Source: Alphaproteobacteria bacterium (GTDB lineage Bacteria > Pseudomonadota > Alphaproteobacteria > JBMOFM01). Taken from it: a stretch of 64,000 nucleotides of DNA. The stretch is from positions 12,889 to 76,888 of the forward strand of contig JBMOFM010000003.1 of assembly GCA_049318825.1 (NCBI GenBank). The letters are read 5' to 3'. The position numbers and the translations under genes are program-made. The notes beneath the pieces are model-generated. The model ran no database searches and was not told the origin of the DNA. It saw nothing but the letters and a program-made list of their open reading frames with translations. This document shows, in pieces, positions 18,681 through 28,710 of the stretch (positions are counted from its first letter, which is position 1; every line of letters starts with the position of its first letter).

Positions 18681-19999
18681 TGCCCCTTATAAGCCATTAG
18701 CTTTCCTTCTGTATCTAATAAAAATAAACTATTTCCAACAACAATGGGCGATGTGGCCAAGGCATTGTCTATGGAAAGAGAATTGGTTTTTTTACCATTC
18801 AGCGCATCAAATGTTAATAAATGGCCAGATGAATCGGCTACTAAAACTTTATCGCCAGCCACTAAAGGGCCTTGCCAAGCGTTTGCTTTATCGTCTTCGC
18901 CTGCTTCTAAATTCTGTACCCAGTTGATTTTTCCATTGGTTGCATTAATAGCAGCTAATTGTTGCTGGTTAGAAAGACCATAAATATAATCACCCGCTAC
19001 TTGAATGGGGTTTAGGGTTGAAAAAGCTGTATCCCAATCGCGGCCACCACTTTGGCTATTAATAGCTAATAGATGTGGAGGCAAACCAGCTAAATAAACG
19101 CGATCATCACTGATCACTGGCCATGATGATGAATCATTTAAGCCCCATCCTTCACGAATTTTTCTGATGCCACCGAGGTTATCGCTCCACAAAATGCGGC
19201 CATTTTCTAGACCCAAGCCCAATACTTCACCCGAAGAAAGAATGACAACCACTAAGTTACCATGAATGGCAGCGGGGGGTCTGCCCAGTAAACTGGTTGT
19301 TTCAGCCACGCCAGCCTGCCGCCACAGCATTTTACCATTATTACTATCAAAACAAAGAATATCATTGCCCAAAGTGGAAATAACCAGCCTATTATTGGAT
19401 AAAGCAGGAGCAGAGACCACTGGCTTGTCGGTCGATATGCGCCAAACTTGCCCACCATTTTTTGCATCTATGGCTACAATATCATCCGTACCATAGGTTA
19501 CCAATAAGCGCCCATTATCATAGGCAAGGCCACCTGAAAAAGCACGGCTATCTTGTTCTGGCGTACTTACCTGTACTTTCCAACGTAATGTACCATCCTT
19601 AATTGAAAAAGCTGAAACGCTGGCATCGGTTGATAACACAAAAATATTACCATTGGCGACCACAGGCTGGCTTTGATAGGGGTTGTTCTTATTAATTCCT
19701 TCGGATGCTGATACCGACCATAGAAGGTTGAGACGATCTTTGAGTAATGGATGGCCAATATCATGCGCGGCGTTGCCGCCTGTTTGTTCCCAACTATTAT
19801 TAAGCACTGTATCAGGCAATTCTATTTTTCTACCGCTTAATGAGGAGTCTGCTTTTAGCTTATTATCATCCAAGGTAAGCGCCGCAACACGAACACCTTT
19901 TACCTTCTCCTTTTCTGTTTTCAGCAGGTTACTACAACCACCCAATTGAATAAAGAGCGAAGATAAAGCTATAGAAAGCCATAATTTGCGCAGCGACAT
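18677..19999 (-). CDS. bamB: outer-membrane protein assembly factor BamB (PQQ-repeat beta-propeller lipoprotein)
   Basis: Lipobox LGGCS; repeated PQQ-like blades; conserved position between yfgM and der. Confidence 0.8.
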   Translation of the reverse strand: MSLRKLWLSIALSSLFIQLGGCSNLLKTEKEKVKGVRVAALTLDDNKLKADSSLSGRKIELPDTVLNNSWEQTGGNAAHDIGHPLLKDRLNLLWSVSASEGINKNNPYQSQPVVANGNIFVLSTDASVSAFSIKDGTLRWKVQVSTPEQDSRAFSGGLAYDNGRLLVTYGTDDIVAIDAKNGGQVWRISTDKPVVSAPALSNNRLVISTLGNDILCFDSNNGKMLWRQAGVAETTSLLGRPPAAIHGNLVVVILSSGEVLGLGLENGRILWSDNLGGIRKIREGWGLNDSSSWPVISDDRVYLAGLPPHLLAINSQSGGRDWDTAFSTLNPIQVAGDYIYGLSNQQQLAAINATNGKINWVQNLEAGEDDKANAWQGPLVAGDKVLVADSSGHLLTFDALNGKKTNSLSIDNALATSPIVVGNSLFLLDTEGKLMAYKGQ

Positions 20000-20049
20000 G
20001 AGATATTCCCCTTAAAAATCAAATATAACCCAAAATAACCTCATAGAAT

Positions 20050-20820
20050 CTAAGGCTTAGTGGTTTCAGCGGATGGAATATTATAAGATTGCAGATGATT
20101 TTTCATAATTTCTGCCCGTTGTTTAACCTCTGCTGGTATATCCGCACTACTCAGAATAGCTTGATAATAACCTTCTGCTTCGGCCCATTTTTGGGTGCGC
20201 ATGGCCACAAGACCCAATAATTCTAACGCGGTAAAACGCCAAGGAGAACCCGCCTGTGCCAATGGTTGTAACTCACGCGAAAGCACGGCTGGATCAGCTG
20301 TTTCAATTTGTTGCCATAAAGCAAGCAAATGAGCCAGTTCACCAAAAACTTTTAATTTTCCAGAGGTTTGTTCTGCTGTTTTATTATAAATAGCGGCAGC
20401 TGCATTTCTGTCGCCCTTTTCAATAGCCGCTTGGCCACGTCGCAAATCATTCAACAATAGCAGACCACTATTGGCTGGCAGCGTATTTTGCTCAAGCAGG
20501 GCTAGCTTTTCTGGTGCCGCTTTTCCATCGGCTTCGGTGATTTTCTTTAACCAAATGGCCGTTTCCTGTTGGCTTTTTTCTAGCTGATGTTGATTCCAGA
20601 AATAACGCCCTGCTGTGCCCACAACCATCATCAGACAAAAAGCTAGGATAAAAACCCCATATTTATTGAGCAGCTTCATGAATTGTTCTTCACGCCATGC
20701 ATCATCCACTTCACGCACAAAAGCATTGAATGAGGGGTTCTCCGCCTCTGTTTGTTGAGGGGTAGCAGCGTTTTTTATTGGCGTGGCTTTACCAGATTTT
20801 GTGCCTTTTATTTTTGCCAT
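20050..20820 (-). CDS. yfgM: YfgM-like membrane-anchored TPR protein
   Basis: N-terminal cytoplasmic segment followed by a single TM and a TPR-like periplasmic domain; conserved synteny yfgM-bamB-der. Confidence 0.6.
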   Translation of the reverse strand: MAKIKGTKSGKATPIKNAATPQQTEAENPSFNAFVREVDDAWREEQFMKLLNKYGVFILAFCLMMVVGTAGRYFWNQHQLEKSQQETAIWLKKITEADGKAAPEKLALLEQNTLPANSGLLLLNDLRRGQAAIEKGDRNAAAAIYNKTAEQTSGKLKVFGELAHLLALWQQIETADPAVLSRELQPLAQAGSPWRFTALELLGLVAMRTQKWAEAEGYYQAILSSADIPAEVKQRAEIMKNHLQSYNIPSAETTKP

Positions 20821-21374
20821 TTAATAGAACATCCCATAGAAGGTAGTTGTTGTGAGGGTGCAACGCCGTTATCATTAATTAACAGCATGGCGTCCAGCAA
20901 CTCACGCTTTCCTTCGCCAAGAGCAAGAGGCAATGAAGGGCTGGAAGCATCCAGTCTCCCCTTGTATTGCAGATTAAGTTTTTTGTCAAAGCCGTAAAAT
21001 TCAGGGGTACAAACCGCCCCATATGCTTTGGCCACGGATTGATCAGAATCAATCAAATACGGAAAGGTGAAATGATGTTGTTGAGCAAAAACAGCCATTT
21101 TCTCAAAAGAATCTTCTGGGTATTGTAGGGTATCATTGGGCATGATGGCAACAACGCCAAAGCCATGCTGTTGTAATTTGCCAAAATCAGCCACTAAATT
21201 ATGGATAATGGCCTTTACATACGGGCAATGATTGCAGATGAAGCCAACCACTAAACCATTAGTGCCGTGCAATTGTGTTAGTGAATATGTTTGTCCATCA
21301 ATATTTTTCAAAGAAAAATCGGGGGCAGAGAATAGGCTTTCGGTTGAAAGTGGGAGGGTTGAGACTAATGCCAT
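20808..21374 (-). CDS. thioredoxin-fold protein (CxxC, AhpC/TSA-like redoxin)
   Basis: FICNHCPYV CxxC motif in a thioredoxin-like context; 188 aa; its stop overlaps the yfgM start by 13 nt. Confidence 0.5.
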   Translation of the reverse strand: MALVSTLPLSTESLFSAPDFSLKNIDGQTYSLTQLHGTNGLVVGFICNHCPYVKAIIHNLVADFGKLQQHGFGVVAIMPNDTLQYPEDSFEKMAVFAQQHHFTFPYLIDSDQSVAKAYGAVCTPEFYGFDKKLNLQYKGRLDASSPSLPLALGEGKRELLDAMLLINDNGVAPSQQLPSMGCSIKWQK

Positions 21375-21461
21375 AACGCACCTTATACATCAAATATACG
21401 GTGCTACCATGTCTTGTGTATCTTATATGGTCAAGCATCAATTATTAAGCAGGGGATGTTT

Positions 21462-22220
21462 TCATACTCTTGCACCATCCATTAAAATACGCTCAGCTTG
21501 TCGCCAATAATAAAGCCCTTTGCTATCGCGTAAGTCCGTGCCGCGCATATCCACATAACCATCTTCCCCAGCATAAGAGAAAAAAGGTGTTTGAATATCG
21601 GCATAACGTAAGCAGGCATCGGCTAAATAAATACCATCAGTGATGTGTAAGTGAGAGAATTTACTTCTGGTGAGGTCTGCTCCCTCAAAGTCAGCCACCA
21701 ATAACGTGGCAGCCCGAAAATCAGATTGCGCCAGCATGGTTTGACGAAATAATGGGTAATGAAGGTCGGCGCGATAAAAAGTGCATCTTGGGGCTCTTAC
21801 CCGATCAAAACTCACTAAATGACCGCTAACATCATTAAAATTGGCATCAGCCAATTTTGTTCCATCAAACTCTACATTGTGTAGGCGGGCCTGAAAAAAA
21901 TCGCCATGACGTAAATCAGCGTGAGACATAATTACATGAGAAAATACCACGCCATGAAATCGGCCATTGCGTAAAATTAGCCCAGAAAGGTCAAGGGGAT
22001 CTCCAGCCTTGCCGGCAATAACCGTATGCGAGAGATTGGCATCGCTAATATCTAGGCCGCTGGCCGCTGCATTTTTTAAGAAATGGGCTAGCTCTTCTGC
22101 GTTATGTTCTGGTGAAGAGAATAAAATTGTTCCATAACGATCACGAATCACCAGTTCGTTTCTGGGTTGCAATCGCTGTTCTCCTACCATAAATAAATCA
22201 GCCTGTTGATGGATAAGCAT
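21462..22220 (-). CDS. pentapeptide-repeat protein
   Basis: Tandem A(D/N)LxX-type pentapeptide repeats throughout (ADLTRSKFSHL, ADLRHGDFFQARL ...). Confidence 0.7.
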   Translation of the reverse strand: MLIHQQADLFMVGEQRLQPRNELVIRDRYGTILFSSPEHNAEELAHFLKNAAASGLDISDANLSHTVIAGKAGDPLDLSGLILRNGRFHGVVFSHVIMSHADLRHGDFFQARLHNVEFDGTKLADANFNDVSGHLVSFDRVRAPRCTFYRADLHYPLFRQTMLAQSDFRAATLLVADFEGADLTRSKFSHLHITDGIYLADACLRYADIQTPFFSYAGEDGYVDMRGTDLRDSKGLYYWRQAERILMDGARV

Positions 22221-22269
22221 TTTAATATAATATAAAGTACAAGACTTTGTAGAAACATTAAAGTCTAAA

Positions 22270-23178
22270 TTAATTTATTTGCGTCAAAGACTGAAGTACA
22301 AAAAGCCCAATGGCAGCAGCATTAGAAACATTGACGCTGGGCATTTGTGGGTTGCTGGGCAGTTTAATTAAAATGTCGCACGATTCTTTTACCAAGCGCC
22401 GCATGCCAGTGCCTTCTGCGCCCAAAACCATTGCTATTTTTTCTGGTGCAGGATTATAAGTATAAAGAACATTGATTTCTTGGGTTGTATTCCCATCCAT
22501 TCCCACGGCCATGAAGCCATTTTCTTTCAGTTCTTCAATGGTGCGGGACAGATTAACAACATCAATATAGTCAACCATTTCAACAGCACCACAGGCGGCC
22601 TTGGCTAACACAGCAGTTATTGGTGGAGCATGGCGTGATTGTACAATAATGCTTGTGGCATTAAAAGCAGCAGCCGAGCGCATGATTGCGCCAATATTGT
22701 GGGGATCTGTGACTTGATCAAGAATGAGTAAACGGCAAGATTTGCCAATTTGTGTGCGGCGAATAATATCATCTAAATTCGGTTGTTCTAGTGGCAATGC
22801 CTTGATAGCCATTCCTTGATGCACAGCCTGTGGGGGCAAAATTCTATTAAGTTCTTGATTGCTCACAATTTGTGGTGTTGGGCGCTTAATGTTAAGTGCA
22901 ATAGCTTTTTCTATAAAAGGCAATAATCCTTTCAGACTATCTTCTGTAATGTACAGGCTATCTATACGCCTTTTACTATTGCACCACGCCGCTTCTATTG
23001 CATGCTGACCATAGATGAGATGATCCAGTGGTATGGAGGCTATTTTAGGAGAATGCGCAACAGATGAGGAGGATCGAGCAACTTTATATTGCCCTGAATC
23101 TGAGTGTTTTTTGCGCTGATCTTTTTCTTTTGATGCACGCGTGGGTGATTTGGATTTCCCCTGATAGGATTTAGACAT
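22270..23178 (-). CDS. rlmB: 23S rRNA (guanosine-2'-O)-methyltransferase RlmB (SpoU/TrmH family) with a Lys/Ser-rich N-terminal extension
   Basis: The SpoU methylase core begins at ...IYGQHAIEAAW; about 60 aa of basic, low-complexity N-terminus precede it. Confidence 0.7.
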   Translation of the reverse strand: MSKSYQGKSKSPTRASKEKDQRKKHSDSGQYKVARSSSSVAHSPKIASIPLDHLIYGQHAIEAAWCNSKRRIDSLYITEDSLKGLLPFIEKAIALNIKRPTPQIVSNQELNRILPPQAVHQGMAIKALPLEQPNLDDIIRRTQIGKSCRLLILDQVTDPHNIGAIMRSAAAFNATSIIVQSRHAPPITAVLAKAACGAVEMVDYIDVVNLSRTIEELKENGFMAVGMDGNTTQEINVLYTYNPAPEKIAMVLGAEGTGMRRLVKESCDILIKLPSNPQMPSVNVSNAAAIGLFVLQSLTQIN

Positions 23179-23383
23179 ATGTGCTGAAAAACCTTAAATA
23201 GTATGAGGGATCAAGCCTATCATCGGCATTTTAGCAATGCAAGCTGCTTTAGTTTCTGGTGAATAAATTTCAAGTAGTTAGCAATTAATAATGGAGGGTT
23301 AAAAACATATATGGGGGTGCGCTGGATTGTTCATTGACAACAAAAGGATAAAAAAATAAAAAGATCTTCTCTGAACGTTATAA

Positions 23384-23470
23384 GGAGGGGTGGCCGAGTG
23401 GTTAATGGCAGCAGACTGTAAATCTGCCGACTTCACGTCTACGTAGGTTCGAATCCTACCCCCTCCACCA
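23384..23470 (+). tRNA. tRNA-Tyr (GTA), long variable arm, encoded CCA
   Basis: Acceptor ggagggg/cccctcc, anticodon loop ctGTAaa; cloverleaf folded by eye. Confidence 0.85.
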
Positions 23471-23637
23471 TTTCAGCCTGATGAGCTGTGTTCTCCAACT
23501 GTTTTGTTTTTTAGTTTTTACTGGTTTTTGGGGTGCGGCTTTTCTGTGCTTTTTTTGTCAGAAAATTCCTATATAAACTACGGCGAACAAAGTAAGTGGC
23601 TGCTGGTTGTTGATTGTTTCGACAATTCTGCTTCTAT

Positions 23638-23711
<74 letters not shown>

Positions 23712-23794
23712 TGTTTTGGGGTGGTGGCACGGGGTGTGTTGCTATTTTTTTCGGCCTTTATTTTCTGGCCAATGCTAAATTGAAGGGTGTAACA

Positions 23795-25010
23795 AAACAA
23801 TGACTAAGGCAAAATTTGAGCGGAACAAGCCGCACTGTAACATAGGCACGATAGGTCACGTTGATCATGGTAAGACATCGTTGACAGCAGCGATCACGAA
23901 GGTGATGGCGAAATTGGGTCGTGCGGAATTTAGAGCATATGATCAGATTGATAAGGCACCGGAAGAAAAGGCTCGTGGTATTACGATATCAACAGCGCAC
24001 GTTGAGTATGAGACAGAGAATCGTCACTATGCCCACGTAGATTGCCCTGGCCACGCTGATTATGTGAAGAACATGATCACTGGAGCAGCCCAGATGGATG
24101 GAGCGATATTGGTGGTGAGCGCCGCTGATGGTCCAATGCCACAGACGCGTGAACACATATTGTTGGCCCGTCAGGTTGGCGTTCCATCGATTGTGGTGTT
24201 TTTGAATAAAGTGGACATGGTAGATGATCCAGAGCTTTTAGAGTTGGTAGAGCTTGAAGTTCGTGAATTATTGTCCAAATATAATTTCCCTGGGGATGAC
24301 ATTCCGATTATTAAAGGCAGTGCATTATGTGCACTAGAAGATCGTGATCCAGAGAAGGGTGAGTTGGCGATATTGGAGTTGATGAAAGCAGTGGATGCGT
24401 ATATTCCGCAGCCGGAGCGTCCTAAAGATCGTCCATTTTTGATGCCAGTTGAAGACGTATTTTCTATATCTGGCCGTGGTACAGTGGTAACTGGCCGTGT
24501 AGAGAGCGGTATAGTAAAAGTGGGTGAAGAGGTCGAGATCGTAGGGTTAAAGGATACGGTAAAGACGACAGTAACTGGCGTTGAGATGTTCCGGAAATTG
24601 CTTGATCAAGGTGAAGCCGGAGATAACGTTGGTTGTTTGCTTCGTGGAACGAAGAGAGAAGATGTAGAGCGTGGCCAAGTATTGGCGCGCCCTGGTTCGA
24701 TTAAGCCACACACGAAGTTTACAGCAGAAGCGTATATTCTTACAAAAGAAGAAGGTGGTCGTCATACGCCATTTTTCAGCAACTACCGTCCTCAGTTTTA
24801 CTTCCGTACAACAGACGTGACTGGAATGGTGGAATTGCCAGAAGGTACGGAGATGGTGATGCCCGGAGATAACGTTTCTATTGTGGTGAAGTTGATTGCC
24901 CCAATTGCAATGGATGAAGGTCTGCGCTTCGCTATTCGTGAAGGCGGTAGAACAGTTGGTGCTGGCGTCGTTGCTAAAATTATTGAGTAGTTTTAGTTTT
25001 TTGTGAGAAA
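23795..25010 (+). repeat. about 1.2 kb exact direct repeat (tuf CDS plus about 5 nt upstream and about 20 nt downstream) shared with 40418-41633
   Basis: Spot checks along the tuf gene, the 5' flank (acaATG) and the 3' flank (tagttttagttttttgtga) found no mismatches between the two loci. Confidence 0.85.
23800..24990 (+). CDS. tufB: elongation factor Tu (copy 1)
   Basis: [19 protein letters not shown] motifs; 396 aa; identical to the second copy at 40423. Confidence 0.95.
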   Translation: MTKAKFERNKPHCNIGTIGHVDHGKTSLTAAITKVMAKLGRAEFRAYDQIDKAPEEKARGITISTAHVEYETENRHYAHVDCPGHADYVKNMITGAAQMDGAILVVSAADGPMPQTREHILLARQVGVPSIVVFLNKVDMVDDPELLELVELEVRELLSKYNFPGDDIPIIKGSALCALEDRDPEKGELAILELMKAVDAYIPQPERPKDRPFLMPVEDVFSISGRGTVVTGRVESGIVKVGEEVEIVGLKDTVKTTVTGVEMFRKLLDQGEAGDNVGCLLRGTKREDVERGQVLARPGSIKPHTKFTAEAYILTKEEGGRHTPFFSNYRPQFYFRTTDVTGMVELPEGTEMVMPGDNVSIVVKLIAPIAMDEGLRFAIREGGRTVGAGVVAKIIE

Positions 25011-25094
25011 AACATAGCCAAGGAAAAAGGGGGGTGGCTTTTGTCACCTCCTCATTTATCTTCTTGGTAAGGGTCTTGCAAAATGTTGTGTTAT

Positions 25095-25170
25095 AGGAGT
25101 GTAGCTCAATTGGTAGAGCACCGGTCTCCAAAACCGGGGGTTGGGGGTTCAAGCCCCTCCACTCCTGCCA
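25095..25170 (+). tRNA. tRNA-Trp (CCA), encoded CCA
   Basis: Acceptor aggagtg/cactcct, anticodon loop ctCCAaa. Confidence 0.85.
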
Positions 25171-25225
25171 TAACACGGTTTATTGTGGTCACTGATATAT
25201 AAAATAAATTATTAAGGATATTTCT

Positions 25226-25426
25226 GTGATGTCTAAGGTGTCGCCAGTCGAATTTTCTCAACAAGTTAGGCGAGAAATAAAAAGAATTTCTTGGCCTACT
25301 CGTCGTGAGGCGATGATGACAACGGTGATGGTTTTTGTGATGGTCACGGTGATGTCTATATTTTTGTTTTTGGCTGATCAGGTTATTGCTTGGTTGATTC
25401 GTTTAATGCTGGGTTTGGTGGGGTAA
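25226..25426 (+). CDS. secE: preprotein translocase subunit SecE
   Basis: 66 aa, single C-terminal TM; the conserved tuf-tRNATrp-secE-nusG context. Confidence 0.75.
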   Translation: MMSKVSPVEFSQQVRREIKRISWPTRREAMMTTVMVFVMVTVMSIFLFLADQVIAWLIRLMLGLVG

Positions 25427-25429
25427 TCA

Positions 25430-25966
25430 ATGTCTCTGGCCCGTTGGTACGTTGTTCATGTTTATGCCGGTTTTGAAAACAAGGTAAAGCAAGCAATATT
25501 TGAGAAGGCTACTAAGGCTGCTTTGACTGCCTCTTTTGAGGATGTCATGGTTCCCTCTGAAGAAGTGATTGAAATTCGGCGTGGTGCCAAAGTTAATGCT
25601 GAAAGGAAGTTTTTCCCAGGTTATGTCTTGGTAAAAATGATCTTGAATGATCAGACGTGGCATCTTGTAAAAAACATTCCAAAGGTATCTGGCTTTCTAG
25701 GGGCTGGCGGCAAGCCATCGCCGATTACCGAGGCTGAGGCCGCAAGGATAATGAGTCAAGCTAAAGAAGGCGTAGAGCGGCCGAGATCATCAATTATGTA
25801 TGATGTTGGTGAGCAGGTTCGTGTTTCTGATGGGCCATTTGCTTCGTTCGTTGGTGTTGTAGAAGGTATCGATGAAGAAAAATCGCGGCTAAAAGTATCT
25901 GTGTCTATATTTGGACGTTCAACACCGGTTGAGCTTGAGTATAGTCAGGTTGAGAAAGTACAGTAA
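25430..25966 (+). CDS. nusG: transcription termination/antitermination factor NusG
   Basis: N-terminus [17 protein letters not shown] motif near the C-terminus, 178 aa. Confidence 0.9.
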   Translation: MSLARWYVVHVYAGFENKVKQAIFEKATKAALTASFEDVMVPSEEVIEIRRGAKVNAERKFFPGYVLVKMILNDQTWHLVKNIPKVSGFLGAGGKPSPITEAEAARIMSQAKEGVERPRSSIMYDVGEQVRVSDGPFASFVGVVEGIDEEKSRLKVSVSIFGRSTPVELEYSQVEKVQ

Positions 25967-26057
25967 TTTTTGTGATTATTGGATTTTGGGTAGGCGGGAG
26001 GCTAATTTTTTGGCCGTTCTTACCGCTATACCTTCCTAAGCCTTAGGGCTTTTCGTT

Positions 26058-26090
26058 AAAAACATCGTTGTTGATGTTTTTGGTGTTTTA
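26058..26090 (+). terminator. perfect 9-bp hairpin (aaaaacatc / gatgttttt) followed by a T-run between nusG and rplK
   Basis: The stem-loop and U-tract are visible in the sequence; I did not compute folding energy. Confidence 0.55.
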
Positions 26091-26148
26091 TTTGAGCAAA
26101 AACATGAAGCGTAGATTGTTTTATGTTTGTTCTTTGTGGAGGTGAATA

Positions 26149-26577
26149 ATGGCAAAAAAAGTTGCCGGATATATAAAGTTACAGGTGCCTGCGGGGAAAG
26201 CTAATCCATCGCCACCTATTGGCCCTGCGCTGGGGCAGCGTGGGTTGAATATTATGGAATTCTGTAAGGGTTTTAATGCAAAGACTCAAGGTCTTGAGCT
26301 TGGCATGCCTATTCCTGTTGTGATAACTTATTACACGGATAGAACGTTTACTTTTGTTACAAAAACTCCGCCCAATTCATATTTCTTGAAAAAAGCAGCG
26401 GGTATTGAGAGTGGTTCTCAAACCCCTGGTCGTGCACGCTCTGGCTCTGTTACTGTTGCGCAGCTTCGTGATATTGCAGAGAAAAAGATAGTGGATATGA
26501 ATGCAAATGATGTGGATTCAGCCGTGAAGATGTTGGTTGGTTCTGCTCGTTCCATGGGTCTTGAGGTTGTGGAGTAG
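26149..26577 (+). CDS. rplK: 50S ribosomal protein L11
   Basis: [32 protein letters not shown]. Confidence 0.95.
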   Translation: MAKKVAGYIKLQVPAGKANPSPPIGPALGQRGLNIMEFCKGFNAKTQGLELGMPIPVVITYYTDRTFTFVTKTPPNSYFLKKAAGIESGSQTPGRARSGSVTVAQLRDIAEKKIVDMNANDVDSAVKMLVGSARSMGLEVVE

Positions 26578-26578
26578 G

Positions 26579-27286
26579 ATGATGGCAAAAGGAAAAAGGT
26601 TATTAAAAGCGCAGGAAAATGTTAACATTTCTGCCTTGTATTCTCTTGTTGAGGCTGTTCGTCTTGTGAGAGCGACGGCAACAGCTAAGTTTGATGAAAC
26701 TGTTGAAATATCGATGAATCTTGGTATTGATCCTCGTCAGGCAGATCAAAATTTGCGCGGCGTTGTGCAATTGCCCCATGGTACTGGTAAAACGGTTCGT
26801 GTTGCTGTGTTTGCTAAGGGTGATAAAGCCGATGAGGCTAGGGCTGCTGGTGCGGATATTGTTGGTGCAGAGGATTTGGCTGAGAAAATTCAAGCAGGTT
26901 CGATGGATTTTGATCGTTGTATAGCAACCCCTGACATGATGATGTTGGTGGGTAAATTGGGTAAAGTTCTTGGCCCTCGTGGTTTGATGCCTAATCCTAA
27001 GCTTGGTACGGTTACGCCAAATATTGCGGATGCTGTGCGTGCTGCTAAGGCAGGGGCGATTGAGTTCCGTGCGGAAAAAGCTGGTATTGTTCATGCTGGG
27101 GTTGGGAAAGCAAGTTTTTCTGATGAAGCGATTGTGGATAATATTAGAAGTTTTGTGTCGGCCATTAGTAAGGCTAAGCCTGCTGGCGCTAAGGGATCGT
27201 ATATACAAAAAGTGGCCATTGCTTCAACAATGGGGCCAAGTGTCCGTTTGGATGTTCAGTCCTTGATTTCTGAGTTGGCATCGTAG
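26579..27286 (+). CDS. rplA: 50S ribosomal protein L1
   Basis: [15 protein letters not shown]...; an in-frame ATG lies directly after the rplK stop. Confidence 0.9.
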   Translation: MMAKGKRLLKAQENVNISALYSLVEAVRLVRATATAKFDETVEISMNLGIDPRQADQNLRGVVQLPHGTGKTVRVAVFAKGDKADEARAAGADIVGAEDLAEKIQAGSMDFDRCIATPDMMMLVGKLGKVLGPRGLMPNPKLGTVTPNIADAVRAAKAGAIEFRAEKAGIVHAGVGKASFSDEAIVDNIRSFVSAISKAKPAGAKGSYIQKVAIASTMGPSVRLDVQSLISELAS

Positions 27287-27517
27287 TAGTTTAATAAAGT
27301 TTTTCGTTTATCGGAATGTAGGAATCTTGTCTAAGACTGCCGGTTTTTTATGCTTTGGCTAAAAAATAATTCCGGCATAGATGGGGGTGTTTATTTTAGG
27401 CCTATCTTTTTGGTGGTGCTTACAATTTTATCTCTGGGCAAGTATCGTGCCGCATGCTGTTTGGTATTGTGGTTTTTACAACAAGCGACCTGTGTTTATG
27501 GTCGTTATTAATGGAGT

Positions 27518-28033
27518 ATGACAGTGAATCGCTCGCAAAAAGCAGAAAACATAAAGTTTTTGCATGCGGCTTTTGCTAATTCTACCCTTGTATTGGTAGC
27601 CCAATACCGGGGGATGACTGTAGCAGAAATGACTGATCTGCGCCGACGGATGAGAGTAGCGGGTGCTCAGCTCAGGGTGGCTAAAAATCGTTTGGCTAAG
27701 CTGGCGTTGCAGGAAACATTGTTTCAGGATGTATCTCGTTATCTTACCGGGCCAACAGCGTTGGCTATGAGCAAAGATCCTGTTGCCGCGGCTAAGGTGG
27801 CTGCTGCTTATGCCAAGGAAAACCCAAAATTCATTATTACGGGTGGATCTCTTGGTGGGCGTGTAGTCGATGTGGCTGGTATCGAAGCATTGTCTAAGTT
27901 GCCGTCTCTGGACGAGTTGCGTGGCAAGTTGTTGGGCCTTATTGGCACACCGGCTACTCGCGTTGCTACGGTTCTGCAGGCGCCTGCTGGTCAATTGGCA
28001 AGGGTATTCAAAGCCTATTCAGAAAAAGTTTAG
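27518..28033 (+). CDS. rplJ: 50S ribosomal protein L10
   Basis: 171 aa; conserved position after a leader of about 230 nt (L10 autoregulatory leader expected). Confidence 0.9.
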   Translation: MTVNRSQKAENIKFLHAAFANSTLVLVAQYRGMTVAEMTDLRRRMRVAGAQLRVAKNRLAKLALQETLFQDVSRYLTGPTALAMSKDPVAAAKVAAAYAKENPKFIITGGSLGGRVVDVAGIEALSKLPSLDELRGKLLGLIGTPATRVATVLQAPAGQLARVFKAYSEKV

Positions 28034-28081
28034 TTTTTATTTGTAAAATTGTAAGTTTTTAATTCAAGGAGTTAATTTATT

Positions 28082-28456
28082 ATGGCTGATTTAGGAAAAT
28101 TAGTTGAAGAATTGTCCGCTCTTTCAGTTCTTGAGGCTGCTGAGTTGTCAAAATTGTTGGAAGAAAAATGGGGTGTTTCTGCTGCTGCGCCGGTAGCTTT
28201 TGCTGCTGCTCCTGGTGCTGTTGCTGCTGAAGTTGTAGAAGAGCAAACAGAATTCACCGTTATTTTGGCTGATGCGGGTGACAAGAAAATCAACGTGATT
28301 AAAGAAATTCGTGGCATCACTGGTTTGGGCTTGAAAGAAGCAAAAGACCTAGTTGAAGCTGCACCTCAGAATGTAAAAGAGGGTGTTTCTAAAGATGAAG
28401 CACAAAAAATTAAAAAAGTACTAGAAGAAGCTGGTGCTAAAGTTGAAGTTAAGTAA
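28082..28456 (+). CDS. rplL: 50S ribosomal protein L7/L12
   Basis: Ala-rich hinge [19 protein letters not shown] and C-terminal domain [13 protein letters not shown]. Confidence 0.95.
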   Translation: MADLGKLVEELSALSVLEAAELSKLLEEKWGVSAAAPVAFAAAPGAVAAEVVEEQTEFTVILADAGDKKINVIKEIRGITGLGLKEAKDLVEAAPQNVKEGVSKDEAQKIKKVLEEAGAKVEVK

Positions 28457-28484
28457 CTGAATTTGATTTTTTGTTGATGTTTGA

Positions 28485-28526
28485 GCGGACAGCATTTTTT
28501 GGCTGTCCGCCATTTTTTGTTTTTTG
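28485..28526 (+). terminator. rplL-rpoB intergenic attenuator: 9-bp perfect stem (gcggacagc / gctgtccgc) plus cattttttgttttttg
   Basis: Seen directly in the sequence; an attenuator at this position is a widely conserved feature. Confidence 0.65.
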
Positions 28527-28710
28527 ATCTTTGTGGTGCTTTATTAAGTGCTCAATGATGTGCCTAGTTGGCGGCAATAGTTGTTAATTGGTATGGTTCT
28601 TTTGGAAGCGGTTAGGTTATGGGGTTCTGTGCAGGCAATTTTTTTGGTGCATTGGTCGCTCTTCAATCGCTTTCTGTTGTATTATTTCTGTTGTATTCTG
28701 GGGAGTGTAA

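Noticed and set aside
24991-25060. Possible terminator hairpin (ggggggtggc / gtcacctcc) after tufB
   Set aside because: The stem needs G-U pairs and is not followed by a U-tract. It is left uncalled.
24547-25176. 209-aa ORF on the minus strand
   Set aside because: It is antisense to tufB and runs through tRNA-Trp. It has no recognisable motif. It is an ordinary ORF-finder artefact inside a highly conserved gene.
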